The notes under the pieces are model-generated. The model ran no database searches. It saw nothing but the letters and a program-made list of their open reading frames with translations, and had not been told where the DNA came from. The translations under genes and the position numbers were made by a program. From the human T2T-CHM13v2.0 reference genome, Homo sapiens: a DNA stretch of 64,000 nucleotides. The stretch lies in NCBI RefSeq assembly GCF_009914755.1, contig NC_060935.1. One strand, 5' to 3'. How positions within the stretch are numbered: the first letter of the stretch is position 1; each line of letters opens with the position of its first letter. This document shows positions 1-13,020 of the stretch, in pieces.

Positions 1-129
1 TCAGAATGCTTGTTTAAGAATAGACAGTCCCTGAGCTCTAGAGGCACTTATAAGAAATTCTGATCTCCATCTTCCTCAGGCTTGCCTGGTCCTTCACACC
101 TCACAATGTGCTACCATGTATACGCCCTC

Positions 130-300
130 ATACAATACTCACAACAAACCTGTAAAGTTGTCAGGGAGAATCTAATTATCCCCATTTGTTAGCCACTAAG
201 GCACAGAGAGCTTGAGCAACTTGCCCAAGCTCACACAGATAGTAAATGACAGGCCGGGGGCTTGGACCTGGCCTCCCATCGCTAAGGCCAATGCTGTTCT
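130..300 (-). mobile_element. MIR SINE remnant
   Basis: ccccattt...aggcacagagag...aacttgcccaagctcacacag matches the MIR core in reverse orientation. Confidence 0.7.
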
Positions 301-572
301 CAGAATACCACAACTGCCTCAAGAACAGCTGTGATAACAGAGGGCTCAGAGCAAAGGAATAATTAGCAGAGAGCCATCATTAGAACTGAAGTCATGGGGA
401 TGAGAAGGCACCGCCTACCACTTCTGGGCCTTTTGGCCAAGATCAAGTGTAGGAAGCATGAGCTACGGCAGGGGGTGGGCTCCCCTCCCCTGGGGTGGTG
501 GGGGCTGGGGGTCCAGGCAGTGAGGGAAATGGGATGCAAACACCTGGGCTCACCTCTCCTCCCTCTCCACAG

Positions 573-761
573 ATGGTGAAGGCAATCCAGGTCCTGAGAA
601 TCCACCTGCTGGAGCTGGAGAAAGTCAATGAACTCTGCAAGGACTTTTGTAACCGTTACATCACCTGCCTCAAAACCAAGATGCACAGCGACAACCTGCT
701 CAGGAATGATCTAGGGGGGCCCTACTCCCCCAACCAGCCCTCCATCAACCTTCACTCACAG
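573..761 (+). CDS. PKNOX2: PKNOX2 coding exon (first in window; MEINOX/HR2 region, [29 protein letters not shown]...LHSQ)
   Basis: Pyrimidine tract + cag acceptor (ag 571-572) and gtaac donor at 762. 189 nt, phase 0/0. Peptide is the PREP/MEIS PBX-interaction motif. Upstream exons lie outside the window. Confidence 0.97.
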
Positions 762-3009
762 GTAACACCCAGAGCTGGGTCCCATCTCTTAAGCCAGGCT
801 CCTAAGCCCAGCTCTGGAGCCACGCGTGGAGGAAGGTCCCCTGGTGACCTTCACTGGGTTAGACCCACTGGGTTCCTTTGCCATGAGGGCCCTCCTCTGA
901 TGCACTCTTCTTCATATCCATTAGGCCATCCCATCCCTTTTTTACACACAGTCTGCCCTGCCAGGGCATTAGTATTCCCTTGAAAATGACCAGATCGGAG
1001 AGGGACAATGTCCAAAATCATTCCTGGCTTCCTGGCCCAAGGTATCCCCCAGAATGAGCACCAGAGCTAAGGAGAAGGAAAGCTCTCCTGGAGGATGAGC
1101 TGGGACAGGCTTCTTAAGAGGCTGCGGCTTGCTGAGCCATCTGCATTTCTGGGAAAGGGCATTTGGGGAAAGCAGTCATTCCCTGAATCCTGCCCACCTA
1201 ATGGGTGAAGCCAGCTTCCCATGGGCCTGCTGCTCCCTAATCATTCTCCAGGCACTCACGCTACTCTGGCATCTCTGTCCCCCTAAGGTTCAGGGCCATG
1301 GTCAAGGTCACCTCAAACCACCCTGTTCCCAGGTTCCCCTGCCACCTCCTTCCTGAGACCTGGGAAATGCAGAAATGCTGACTACACGCTTTGGGCAAGA
1401 TGGGGTTTCCCCTCCAGGGCAGGATATTTTCCCCAAACCTACAAACCGAGAAAGCTGCCTGGCAATACCTTCCCGCCCAACTCACAGACATCTGCATAAG
1501 CCACAGGCTTGAGACTTTGTTCCCCTTCCACTGAGCTCCTGAGTCCTGGAAGACACCTGGAGGGTCCCCAAGGAGTCCTCTGTAGCCTCTTCTCATTAAA
1601 CAATCAGGCATGGGGATGCAGGTAAACTTTCTAGGAGTGAGTGCCGAGAGGTGCTGGAAGTAGTGCCAAAGAAAGGCTGTGCCGTTTTTGTCCCTAGACC
1701 CCTAAGGAACCACCCATGTACTCTATCTCCCCAGATTGGTGGAGTCAGGGGAGGGGACAGGCTGACTTCTAGAAGGCCAGCCTTGCTTTGCACATTTTGA
1801 CAACAAGCACAAAAGATACACTCGGTATCACATCCAACCCACCCCAGTGGGCTCTTTGTGAGACTCCGTAGTGAGTACTGCCCAGGACATAGGGCAAGAA
1901 GTTTACTTCCTCTTCCTCTCGCTTGAAATCACCAAGTCACTTTATTACAGATCTAAAAACACCCGCCCGGGCTTCTGCCTGCTAATATTCTCTTGAAATA
2001 GACTCATTCCTTCAGAGTCTTATTGTACTTTCCCTTATGATCAAAATTAGCAAGAAACTTGCATAAAAGAGGACAATAATTGCTCAACGAGCATCTCGTT
2101 TGTAATTTATTAGTTTCTATTATTGTGGGTTACCATGGTGACGCTGCGCAGTCCCGGTGATGGGAGAGATGCAAGATAGGAGCTGAGGAGGCTGTGAGGC
2201 CTCGCCAAATGGAGATGCACATTTTTATCAGTAATTTTCATGAAAATAATAAGTGAGGAGTTAATGAGATGGAAAGCCATCCTGTGGCTATTGTGAATTT
2301 TTTTTAAGTGTTGATCTAATTAGAATGCATCGGTCAGGAAAAGTAATGAGGATTTAGTGCCTCACAGAGATGTGAGGATCATATCAGAAAATTAGCACAA
2401 GTCTTTGGAAATAATCAGGTCCTTGGAGAGGCACTGGATTTCCCCTCCTGGGCCCTCCAACTCCACCTCGAGCTCTGGAGCTGGGGGTGCACCAGGGTAG
2501 TGGGGGAAGGAAGGAGGGGCAGAGGGCTTAGCAGCCACCTCAGCCCCCTCAGGGTTGGAGGTCTGAGACTGACAAGTTGGTCTGCAGAAACCAGTCGGTC
2601 ACTGGAGAAGTGGGGTTTGCAGAAAAGGATAACGCGGACTCTGGATGGTTAAGTTCTCAGAGATGCTGCCACCTGCAAAAATCAGTCCCCCTGGAGAATC
2701 CCGGCACTCAGCCTTCTGAGCTTTGAGGAAAGACAGAAGAATTTTGATTCCTATCACTGGAAGCATCAGATCTCTGCCTGGAAGTGAGGCTGGCCCTGGG
2801 GTACCCACGGCAGAAAGGCCATTGATCAGCTGGGAAAGAGGAATCAGACAATTGCGTGGTGGGTGTGGGGGAGGGGGTGATGCAAGCGAGGCACTGAGAA
2901 AGAGAAAAGACACTAGTGAGGTATTCCTACTTGGTATTACTCAAACTTGTCCCTGCATTTTCTCTGACTGCCACCACCTGCTTTGTTCTGGCTTCGGGGG
3001 TAAATACGG

Positions 3010-3762
3010 TGATTACACATAGGCTATGACAGGAGCTTCCTAACCTGCTCTCCTGGCCATCCCTCAGCCCACCTGCACACCCATGCATCTCTTAAGCTTC
3101 TGCTGCTGGATTCATCTTTCTAACTTTGTTCATGTCATTCGCCTGCTCAGAAACCCTGCTTGCCATGCCCCTGGGGGTGGAAGGGAGGGCTTTCACATCT
3201 GCCCACCTGACATTCAAGGCCCTCCTAGGTCTGGCTTCAGCCTTCCTGGGTGGGCCAATCTGACTGTTCAAGGTGCTGTAACCATCACTCCATGCCTGTC
3301 TGTTCGGGTGACACCTCCCCCACAACCCCATCATCTCTGCACAACCAAACCCAGCTTCTTCCCCAAGGGTAGGAACAAGGCTGCTCACCCAGGAGGACTC
3401 CCTGATGCCCCATCCAGAATGGACGCTTCCTGCACTCCACTAACTGGTGGAGCTTGCTGAGCCATCGATATGGCAAAAGTCACTGTGACTTTATATTATA
3501 GATCCCTGTGTTCATCTCATTTTCCTATCCTAGATAACACTTTTTGAGCAGAGACAGTATTTTACATGTTTGAAATCACCAAATCACCTTATTATAGGCC
3601 AAAAACAGCCATTTCCAGCCTCTGCCTGCTGATAGTCTCTTGAAATAGACTCATCCCTTCAGAGTCCTAGTGTACTCTCCCTGTGACCCCAGCAGTGGCT
3701 ACCACAAGGTCTTGTGCAAGAAAGATGGCCGGGAAGTATTTATTGAAAGAAATAATGGAATG
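3010..3762 (+). mobile_element. Decayed L2 LINE 3' region, interrupted by a local duplication at 3570-3686
   Basis: L2-like phrases: ttcctaacctgctctc, catgtcattcgcctgctcagaaaccct, cattcaaggccctcc, and a tail tatttattgaaagaaataatggaatga. Confidence 0.55.
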
Positions 3763-4465
3763 AGAGAAAGAAAGTTGGGTGGGGGGCAGGGGCAAGGGGA
3801 AGCCAAAGGAGGAAAGGAGAAATAGGAAGAAAAATAAAGGGAAAGAAAGCCAAATATGCAGGGTCAACATTCAGGAGGGAAGCAGAGACAGGCTGAAGAA
3901 TTGGAGGAAAAGAGCAAGAGAGAGAGACAGGGAGGCACACAAACCCAGGAAAAGGGAGACGATACTGAGAACGACGGGGCAGAAGGACAGACGGAGAGAG
4001 GAACGGCAGCAAGAGTGACAGCAAGTGAAAGGACAATGCATGTGGCTCAGTGCGCAGCCAGGGTACGAGGAGGCGGGAAAGTCAGGAGGATGTGCTATGT
4101 GCTGCTCCTGTTGTATTACTCAAACTTGCCCCTGCATTTTCTCTGACTGCCACTGCCTGCTTTGCTCAGGCTTCAGGGGTAAATACGGTAATTACACATA
4201 GGCTATGGCAGGAGCTTCCTAACCTGCTCTCCTGCCTTCTCTGGCCATCCCTCGGCCCACTTGCACACTCACACGTCTCTTAAGCCTTCCCAGGACAGGC
4301 CCCTGTCATTATTGCACTAAGGTAGGGGCCGGGCTTGCATGGGCTCTCCCAGGAAGGAGAGGCCCAGGGCTGCTAAGAATCGGGGACCGAGACTTTCAGT
4401 GCAGGAGGCAGGTCTTGGGTTCAAGACACAGGAGCCTGTATGAGAGAGAGAAAAGGAGCTTGTGA

Positions 4466-4496
<31 letters not shown>

Positions 4497-4498
4497 TG
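4466..4498 (+). repeat. (TG)n microsatellite
   Basis: Direct reading. Confidence 0.9.
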
Positions 4499-6129
4499 CA
4501 CACGCGGGCACATGCATTCGTCATGGTTCACCCTTAATCCCCCCGGCCTGAAATAGCCTGAGCACCAGCCTGGCCTGGGGAGGGGTGTCTCCCCTCTGGA
4601 ACATGATCCTCTGGATCAACATTCCAGCCGCCTGCCAGCTTTGTTGCAAACTGCTGGCTCATGGTTTTCCCTGTGTGCTAATCATCCAGCCTTGTGTTGC
4701 AAAGCGGGAGACATTTTTGTTTTCAACTTGGTATCCCCACTCCCAGATGCTATGCCGTGTCCTCCATCCAGATCGATGGGTTGAGCGTTTTCCTGCTCGG
4801 CCTTCGATTTCTCTGTGTGAGTCTTCTCTGCTGGGCAAAGTGGAGATGGGAAGTAAGGGAGACTGTTCTACCAAGCAGGGGACTAAAGCAGACTTTCAAA
4901 GACCTGGGCCACAGCTAGATTTTCCCCCTCCCTAGGAACCCATCCTGTGCTGCAGGCACCCAATGACACCCAGGCTTCCTACTCCTCAGAGCCCAGGCTT
5001 CTTGTGGGGGCAGGATCCTCTGTAAGGAGACTGGTTCTAGACCCTACTCTGGGTTCTCCTGTCCTTCCTAGAGGGCGCAAATGGAACCATTCCACTAGAG
5101 AGACACCTCACTCAAGTATTAGTTTGACCTGAAATTCATCCTTTTTTCTCTGTGGAGATTTAAGCCTCAGCTCTATTCCAGGCAAATTGGATTGAATCAT
5201 GGTTCTCATTCAATTGCCAAGCGTTTGGGGGGCACTCACTGTATGTTCTGTGCTAGGTCCTGTGAGAACAGACACAAGCCATTGTCCAAGAGGAGCTCCC
5301 AGTCTCAGGGAGAGAGAGCCATGAGTCACAATGAGGATCTAGATAAATCATGTCAGCCGTGAAATGCTCAGGGTCAAGAGTACAGAGGAAAGGAGCAGCC
5401 AAAGAGATGGGGAGAGGAGCTGCAGGCAGGGATTCTGGATTGGGTGATCCACATGTGTGGCTTGAGGTTGCCCCAGTCTCAACTCAGCATCCTTCATCCT
5501 TCCTCAGAGGGGGACCAAGTCCCAGACCCAGCCCTCACACCTTCATGGCCAGTTTGTTCCTGCTCCACAATAGGATAAACAAACCTCAGTACAGAGTGGA
5601 GAGGACAACAGGAGGATTTTGCCCATTGTGATTGGAGAAGTTACAGATTCATTGGCCTTGGGAGGGCTTCCTCTGGGAGGTGGCATTTCAGGCAGGCTTG
5701 GTGAGAGTTGGTAGCCTATTTGGCAACCTTTATAAAGGTGAGTGTTTCCAATGTAGCAAGAAGTCTGAAAGAAGGCGAGAAACAGAGAGAGCCAATCAGA
5801 ATCCCTAGAGAGGAGATGGGGTGAAGGGGGCTCATTCATTCACGCATCCTGCATCCATTCAGGCACCTCTGGAGCCTACTGAGTTCTGGGGATATAAAAA
5901 ATGGATGCGACACAGTCCCAGGTCTCCAAGTGTAATGATGGAGTACCTTGAAGCCAAATGTGTGGGAGTTCTGTTTTGGGGCTAATAGTGGTGGCCGACT
6001 GCTAAAGACTTTAAAGGTAGTGGAGAATGTAGGCAACAGGGTCAGGGCTGGAGACACGCTGGAGACAAATCAATTGAGCAGCCACATCTTGTATTGGTCC
6101 AAGAAGAGCTGGCAGAAGGAGGGGAGACG

Positions 6130-6350
6130 GTGAACATTTATTGAGCTCCCCTCTGTCTCAAACATGGTGTGTACTAGGTGCTTTCCACAGATTATCTAAT
6201 TTACTCTTCATGACAGGCTGCAAGGTACACATGATTTTCTCCATTTTACATCCAAGAAAAGAGAAGCTGAGAGAAGTGAAGACCCTGGCTCAAAGTCACA
6301 CACCTAGCAAGTGCTGGAGTCCGGGATGGGCTACTCCAGAGCCCATGTTC
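6130..6350 (-). mobile_element. MIR SINE
   Basis: aacatttattgagc...ccattttaca...agctgagagaagtgaag...gtcacacac. Confidence 0.7.
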
Positions 6351-7300
6351 TTCTTGCTACATGGGGATATGTTTTTGTGACACATGGGGAGAAGAATCAG
6401 GGGTCCTGGGACCTGGGTGGAGAGTGATGACCCTACCTAGCTATTGGTCAGTGGGGTAGGGACTACAGAGGAAGAAGCCAATTGCTACGAAGCAAGAATT
6501 TGGATTTGCTAGTAGACTGGAAGTAGGGAAATGAGAGGTACAAAGTTGAGGACATTCTGAGATGCTAGGCCCAGCTGCCAGATGCGACTCTGCAGCTCTG
6601 CGCCTCCCCAGCAGAATAGGAAGGGGGCTAATCAATGCATCCCCACCTGAGAAGGGTGGCACTTGCCTATTGACCTCTAAGGAATTTTGGATTTTCCAGA
6701 TTGGCAGGGGGCGGAAGGGGTAGGGGGCCATCACCTCAGCCAGGACCCTAGAGGTTCTGCCCAGTGGCTAAGCATCCTGAGGACAGGACCAGGGAGAAGA
6801 CTGGATGGGGCTGGGGTAGGGGGCAATCTACCCTGGAAAGATCACTACTTAGATGGACAGGGGGCATCCCTAGACTGAAGTGGAATAAAATGAGCCACAC
6901 TGCCTGTCACAGGCATTAAAGCTGTCTCTTCTGCCGGTTCCTCACCCCCAGCCCTGCAGCCGTGGAGCCCAGAGACCAGAGGGTGGCCTTTGCCGCCAGG
7001 CTAGTGAAACCTGAGCGCTTCTCCCGCCTGAGAAGGAATGTTCCTTAAGAGCAGCAGCTGCTGCTTGTCCCCACAGGCCAGAACTGCCTTTCCCTTGAGA
7101 CCAAGGCCCCCAACAGGAGTGGAACAAGAACAGGATTAGGTGGCTTGTTTACATGTGCTTGGCTTTCCCGAGTTTGGGAATCTGGCTTTTCTTGGTCTAA
7201 GACAGGGCCCTGGCTCTGCCAGAACGGAGGGATGCTGCCGGGAAGGGGTGTCTGGGGACAGGGACAACCTCTCCACCCTCCTAAGGCACATTTGCGCGGG

Positions 7301-7355
7301 CACACACACAAACACACACATCACACACACACAAACACACACACACCACCACACA
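7301..7355 (+). repeat. Imperfect (CA)n microsatellite
   Basis: Direct reading. Confidence 0.9.
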
Positions 7356-10314
7356 CAGGAATACACCCACAGCCTTAGGCCAAAGTCAGACCACACATGT
7401 ATCTCGCATGTACCATGCACTTAACATTGCGCTAAGCAGTTTCGGGGAATTCAGAGAAAGACCCCTCTTTCCCTCAAAAAGCCTGCCACCAAGCTAGGGA
7501 AAGACGACGCCTGCATTAGAGAGAACCATTCTGTTGTGTCCAGTATGTAAGGCAGATGGGAGGCTTTGAAGAGTCCAGAGGACGGGCCGCGGCTGTGCCC
7601 TGGAGAGGTCAGGACAAGCTTTCCAGCAGAAAGGAGACATTCAGAACCGACCCCCACCCGCCCCGAGCCCAGGCAGGGGAGCCGCCAGCACGCGCCTTCT
7701 GGGAGGCTTTGGTGAGTGTGGTCTGAGCCGGTGGATCAGCAGAGACCTCTAGTGGCCGGGGGGAGGATGGCAGGTGGCTGGGGCTGGCTCCGCACTGCAC
7801 CCCACTCCGGCCACCGACTCACCGTCACCCACCCTCCCACACAATCCTTAGGAAATGGCATGGGCTCTTTTACAGTCCTCAGCTGGAAGGATCTTTGCCA
7901 GGCCATCCCGTTCATTCCCCTGTTTCACAGGCATCCAAGTAAGATAAAAATTCCACCTATTTCAAAACAGCTTAAACAGAAACTTTTCTGTCATTTATCT
8001 CCTTCACTCCTTCATGTCTTTGTCCCATTCTGGTTTCTTCCAGGAATTCCTTCCTTGAGTGGAAATGAAGTCTTCCTTGAGTTTCCCAGGGCAGTTCAAG
8101 CCCTTTCCCTATTAAAAATGAAGCACGGTGGCTCACAGGGACAGACAGCTCTTCCTGGGCTGACGTGAGACCGCTGTGCATTCATGTGGGCCCCTGCACC
8201 CCCCACTTCCAAAAGTCATTCCACAGCTTCTCATCGTTTCTTAGTAAGGCCTTCCTTTGGAACAAGTCATCTTTCTGCTGTTCCAAATGCAATTTGGAGT
8301 AAAACTCCCCTGGGGACCACTGAGGTCTGTGAAGAATGAGTGGCAGTCGCAGTTCCAGGGTGTTGCAGCTGGCCCAGAGGATGGTGCTCGGGAGGCACCA
8401 GTTCTCTGCCATTCCAAACCCAAAGCCCTGCCTTGCTCTGCCCCTCCTGAGAGGCTCCTGCTTCTGAGTCTCAATCAACAGCACACAAGGAACAGGAGTG
8501 GGGCCGCTTCCAGGGGTGCCCATGGAGCCCGGCGTGTTGGTTTTCATCTGATTCCCAGGCTTCAGGCAGTTTCCAGAGGCTTGGGGACACCACGGCTGTC
8601 TTCCTAGTGGAACAAAACGAACAGAATTCTTGGGCTGGATAACCAGCTGTCATCCCCAGGTTCCTGGATAATTCCAGCAGGGATGTGAGGCTCTGGGTGC
8701 TGAAAAAAGTAACTAGAACCGTACCAAACACTCTTCTCACTTCCATCTGGGTGCTAAGGAGCCTAGAGGGGAGCAACTCTGTGTCTAGACACAGTGGCAT
8801 CTACCTGGGTTTGGAGTCTGATAAGCCCTGAGGGGAAGCTGTCAAAAAGCTAATAATACTGTGTGCTTAGCCAACATATGCTCCCCACGGGGTTTCCACC
8901 GCTGCTCTGGAAGTTCCTTCCTCAGAAAAGAGAGTCAGACCCTCCTTGTCTCCATTCCATGGCTCTAGAGACTAAGCCTCGACTGGAAATCGCAGCCAAG
9001 TGGAGTTGTGGGGCTAGCCAGAGACGATGCTTAGGATCCTGGGACTCGACCATTGCCCAGGAACATCTCAGACAGGGAGACATGTAGCCAGGTTTGCACA
9101 ACTCTGCCTGCGTGCGCAACCCCAGCTGAACCCCTTCCATTGCTACGTAAAGAACTCAAGTGGCTTGAAGGCTTCTAGGACAGGTTTTTAAATCCCAACT
9201 GTGCGACTCCCTAGTTGAGTGACCTTAGCCAAGGGAAGTGGGAAATAAATTATTGGATGGCTAAATGTGCCAGGCACTGTGCTTGCATTGGAGCCTGTCT
9301 GACCCCGAAGCACATATCCTCTCTCTGTGAGCACTCGTCCTACACTCAGAGCCAGAGGCCTTAGGCTGGAGGCACAGTTATTTGACTCTGGGAAGTCACT
9401 TCCATCCTCTCTGGACCTCAATCTCTCTTCAGGCAAATAGGACAGTCCTGCTGACCCCATGGGGTGATGGTGACATTAAAATGGAACAGCGTGGTGAAAG
9501 CTCTCTCATACTCAGCGTGTACGATCTTTGGGACCATCACAAGGAAGTTTTTAGAAATATAGATTGCTAGATGATGGGTGAGGGTCTTGACCCAGTGGCC
9601 CTGAGAATCTATGTCTAAAAAAAAAAAAAAAAAAAAAAAAAAGCACACTCAAGGCAGGTTTGTGAAGCAGCTCATGTTTACAGATGTAAGGGATGAATAT
9701 CATTTCCCCAGACCTCCGGGATGCCAAAATTTTGCTTCCTCTTCCCTGCCCCACCTAAAACGTTGCCAGTCCCAGCCCTGCCCTTGGACTCTATCTCTGA
9801 AGGTTTTTATTTTATTCCTTCACTGATAGAATCTGGCTGCCTCTCAGCACCTTCCAGCCAAAGACCCAGGGAAGGGAGAGAAGGGTAGGAAAGAGAAGGC
9901 TCTGATCCAATGCATAAATTGCCCTTAGTTACCCAAATTGGGTAAATTGGCATGGAGGGTATCCAAGCCACAAGGTGGAGAAGCAGCCAGGGTCTGAGTA
10001 AGCAGACGAAGCATCCAGGTGGTGGCTCACCCTCTGCCTTTGGCTAGGAAACAATGTGTGTTGGTTGAATCCCAAGGGACACATCTTGTATTTATTTTAC
10101 TGACTTTGCTTGTATTTTTCTAACCTTGTTGGGTACTTTTTTGGGGGTGAAGAAAGTCTAGGACAACCTTTTATGTTTGAAATTCTCAAATATCCCTACC
10201 AGAAGAGGCACAGGCTAGCATGGATGATTCCAAACAAGGGATTGAGAAGTCACTTCCACTGGTTTTAAGGTGAATGGCATGGAGGTACCCACTCCCCCAT
10301 TAAATTTACCTTCA

Positions 10315-10456
10315 AGCCTGGTGTGGTGGCTCACGCCTGTAATCCCATGACTCAGGAGGCTCAGGTGGGAGGATTACATGACCCCAGAAGTTTGAGACAA
10401 GCCTGGGCAACAGAGCAAGACTCTCTACCCTGTCTCAAAAAACAAAAAAAAAAAAA
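10315..10456 (+). mobile_element. Free Alu monomer (FLAM-like) with 13-bp TSD
   Basis: Single Alu arm plus A tail. TSD taaatttaccttc at 10301-10313 and 10458-10470. Confidence 0.85.
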
Positions 10457-12424
10457 GTAAATTTACCTTCCGAGTTTGCTTCAGCTTCAAATATAATATC
10501 AGCACGGTTTACACACCATGAGAATGGTAGGCTGGGATGTTGGAACAAGGAGAACTCAAACTCAGAGCAGTCTCATCGCTGAAAACTCAGGCGTTGAGGG
10601 TCCCGGTGTCACATGCACTGTATACATAAGGAGATGAGGCCCACAGAAGGGTGGTGACGTGATTGCCTTTCCTCCAGTGCCCACGCTGCTTCTGGACTTC
10701 TGAGTTTTAGTTGTTTTTATCTGTTCACCTTGCCTGCAATGATGATTGGTTGACCTGCAGGATTCAAGGAGCATTTGCAGCCCAGAACCGGTGTAGGGGG
10801 CATTTGTGGGTGAAGGAGATCTGTGTTCTAGTCCTCTGGCTGCTAACGGGCTGTGTGGCCTTGGGAAGTCCCAGGCATCTCTAAACCTCAGTGCCTTATT
10901 TGTACTTCAGGGAGGGGAAATGTGTGGCTTCCAGGGGCTCTTCCAGTTTCTAGGCTTCTGCATGGCAGACTCCATTTTAGACTGCGACTGCAGGAACAGA
11001 AAGGCCAAGAGCTCTGCTCAAAGTATAAGCTTCACGGGCTAGGCGGCTCCCACGGGGCCCCAGGAAGGGGAAGCCAAGGCAAGAGCTGCCCCCTCTGTTC
11101 CCCAAGGTCACAGCAGCAGAGGTGAGCTCAGAATAGAAGCAAGGCCTCCATCGCCCCACCCACCCGGAGGAGCCACACCAGGAGGCCCGTGCGGCAGGTG
11201 GGTGGGAGGAGGGCGTGCTTGGCTCCTCTCCTCCTGGCGCTGCTTATTTATAGGAAATACTCCTCCAGCTCTTGGGCCAGAGACAACCCAGGAGAGTAAA
11301 AAAAGGCAGCTCTGGAGGAGACGCCAAGGGGGATTTAATCAGCTGAATCGAGTGAGATGTATAAATCAGTGCCGACTTCCACTTCCTGACAGGCTCTGCC
11401 AGGTTCTGTGTTGTCAGGGTCTGGGAGGAGATTCGCCATGGCTGTCCCCCGGGCTGTAACACTTTCCCTTCGTTGCTACAGGTAGGCAGTCACTGGCTCG
11501 AGGTTTCCTCCAAACACAGATTTCCGGGCTCAAAACCCTAGACTTGCCCTGGAGGCTGAAGACCCAAGCTTCTTCAAGTCCTAAAACAAAAACCGGGAAG
11601 CTGGGGCCTTCTTTTTTGCCCCATTTTGTCTATTTCCTTGACCATTTACCTGTCTCTAAATCCTTGCAGTTCACGCCTTACGATTCCAGCATTTGAGCAT
11701 GGGAATGTCGCCGAAATGGCCATTGGACCTGTTAACTGGTTCAAGCCCCGTCTTCAGATGAGGAACCGTGGCTAGGAGGAGCTAAGAGACTCAGGCAGGC
11801 CTCCTGAGGCTCCCACACTTCACTCGCTGCCTTTTTTCTTCTCCGAACCTAGAGACCCTAACCTCTCCCACATCCTATTCCTTCCTCACAAATTCTCTCC
11901 AAGCACCCAGCCTCCCAGTGCAGGCTCCCCAGAAAGCAGGGAGGGCTCCACAGCAAGTCCAAGGACTTCTTTACCCAGCTGTTAACTAGGAATGGTGAGG
12001 AGAGCAGAGGGCCAGGAAAACATGTCTTACCTGCCTGGGCTAACGCAAAGAAAAGCGGCAAAGGTTCCGTGCTGGTCGGCAGTGTGGGGAGAGGAGAGTC
12101 TGTTTCCAGTGGAATCCTGTGGGCAGCCTGAGGAAGAGAACAGGATCGATGCCATGTGCCGAAGGTGGCTGAGGCTCATATGAGACACCCTTAGAAGACA
12201 GGTTATGGGAAGGCTAGGGCGGCTTTCATTTGCTTATTTAACATGTATTTTAGTATCCTGAGCTAGGTGCTAAGGATACAAAGGTGAGAGCTGGAGGCTG
12301 CTCTGTGTGTGCAGCCTAGTGTGACAGGCCTGTGATGGAGGTGTGTGGAGAGCAGCCGGGGGACGGGAAAGCATCAGGAGACAAGCGTCGCTGAAGGATG
12401 AGCAGGTGCCGACCAGGTGAAGCC

Positions 12425-12612
12425 ATTTTCTCAGACCCGGCTGACAGTGGAATCACCTGGGGAGCTTTTAATAACCCGGAGCCCATTGAATATGATGGAT
12501 CTGATCAAGAAAAAATCCAGAGCCCAGGACACACTCCTGAACAATTAAATGAGACTCTCTGAGATTGGAACCCAAGCATCATTACTGGAGATTTCAAAGT
12601 ACAGCCAAGGAG
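12425..12612. mobile_element. MER5-like hAT-Charlie MITE
   Basis: gaatcacctggggagcttttaa core. Confidence 0.6.
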
Positions 12613-12890
12613 GAGACCATGGGGGTTATCAGATAATTTGTGCCTTAGGTTTTCAGGGCAATGGAATGGTTAAATGGGTGACTCTTTTTGTTTTTGTTTT
12701 TTTTAATTGAGCCTTCTTATTCACCCTTTCTAGGAAACCAAGAGAGTTGCCTTCTGGACCTGGGTCTGGGGAGGAGCTAGAAGGAGGGAGGGGGGCAGGC
12801 AGGAAGGGGAAAGGACGGAAGAGGACTCTGGGGCTGTAGGGTCTAAGCTCTCAGTGTCATTGTCACAAACCACGCCTCCCTCACTGCCAG

Positions 12891-13020
12891 GACCTCCTGC
12901 AGAATTCCCCCAATTCCATGTCCGGAGTCTCCAATAACCCCCAGGGGATTGTGGTCCCAGCCTCAGCGCTCCAGCAGGGCAACATCGCCATGACAACCGT
13001 CAACTCACAAGTTGTGTCAG
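12891..13020 (+). CDS. PKNOX2: PKNOX2 coding exon (DLLQNSPNSMSGVSNNPQG...SQVVS-G)
   Basis: ccag acceptor and gtcgg donor at 13021. 130 nt, phase 0/1, continuing the frame of the previous exon. Not shown in the ORF track. Confidence 0.95.

Noticed and set aside
3740-4146. Lys/Arg/Glu-rich ORFs
   Set aside because: Low-complexity purine-rich tract that lacks stops because of its composition; no splice or domain support.
9618-9642. Isolated poly-A run as the tail of a processed pseudogene
   Set aside because: No upstream ORF, poly(A) signal or TSD; looks like an expanded A run within an old repeat remnant.
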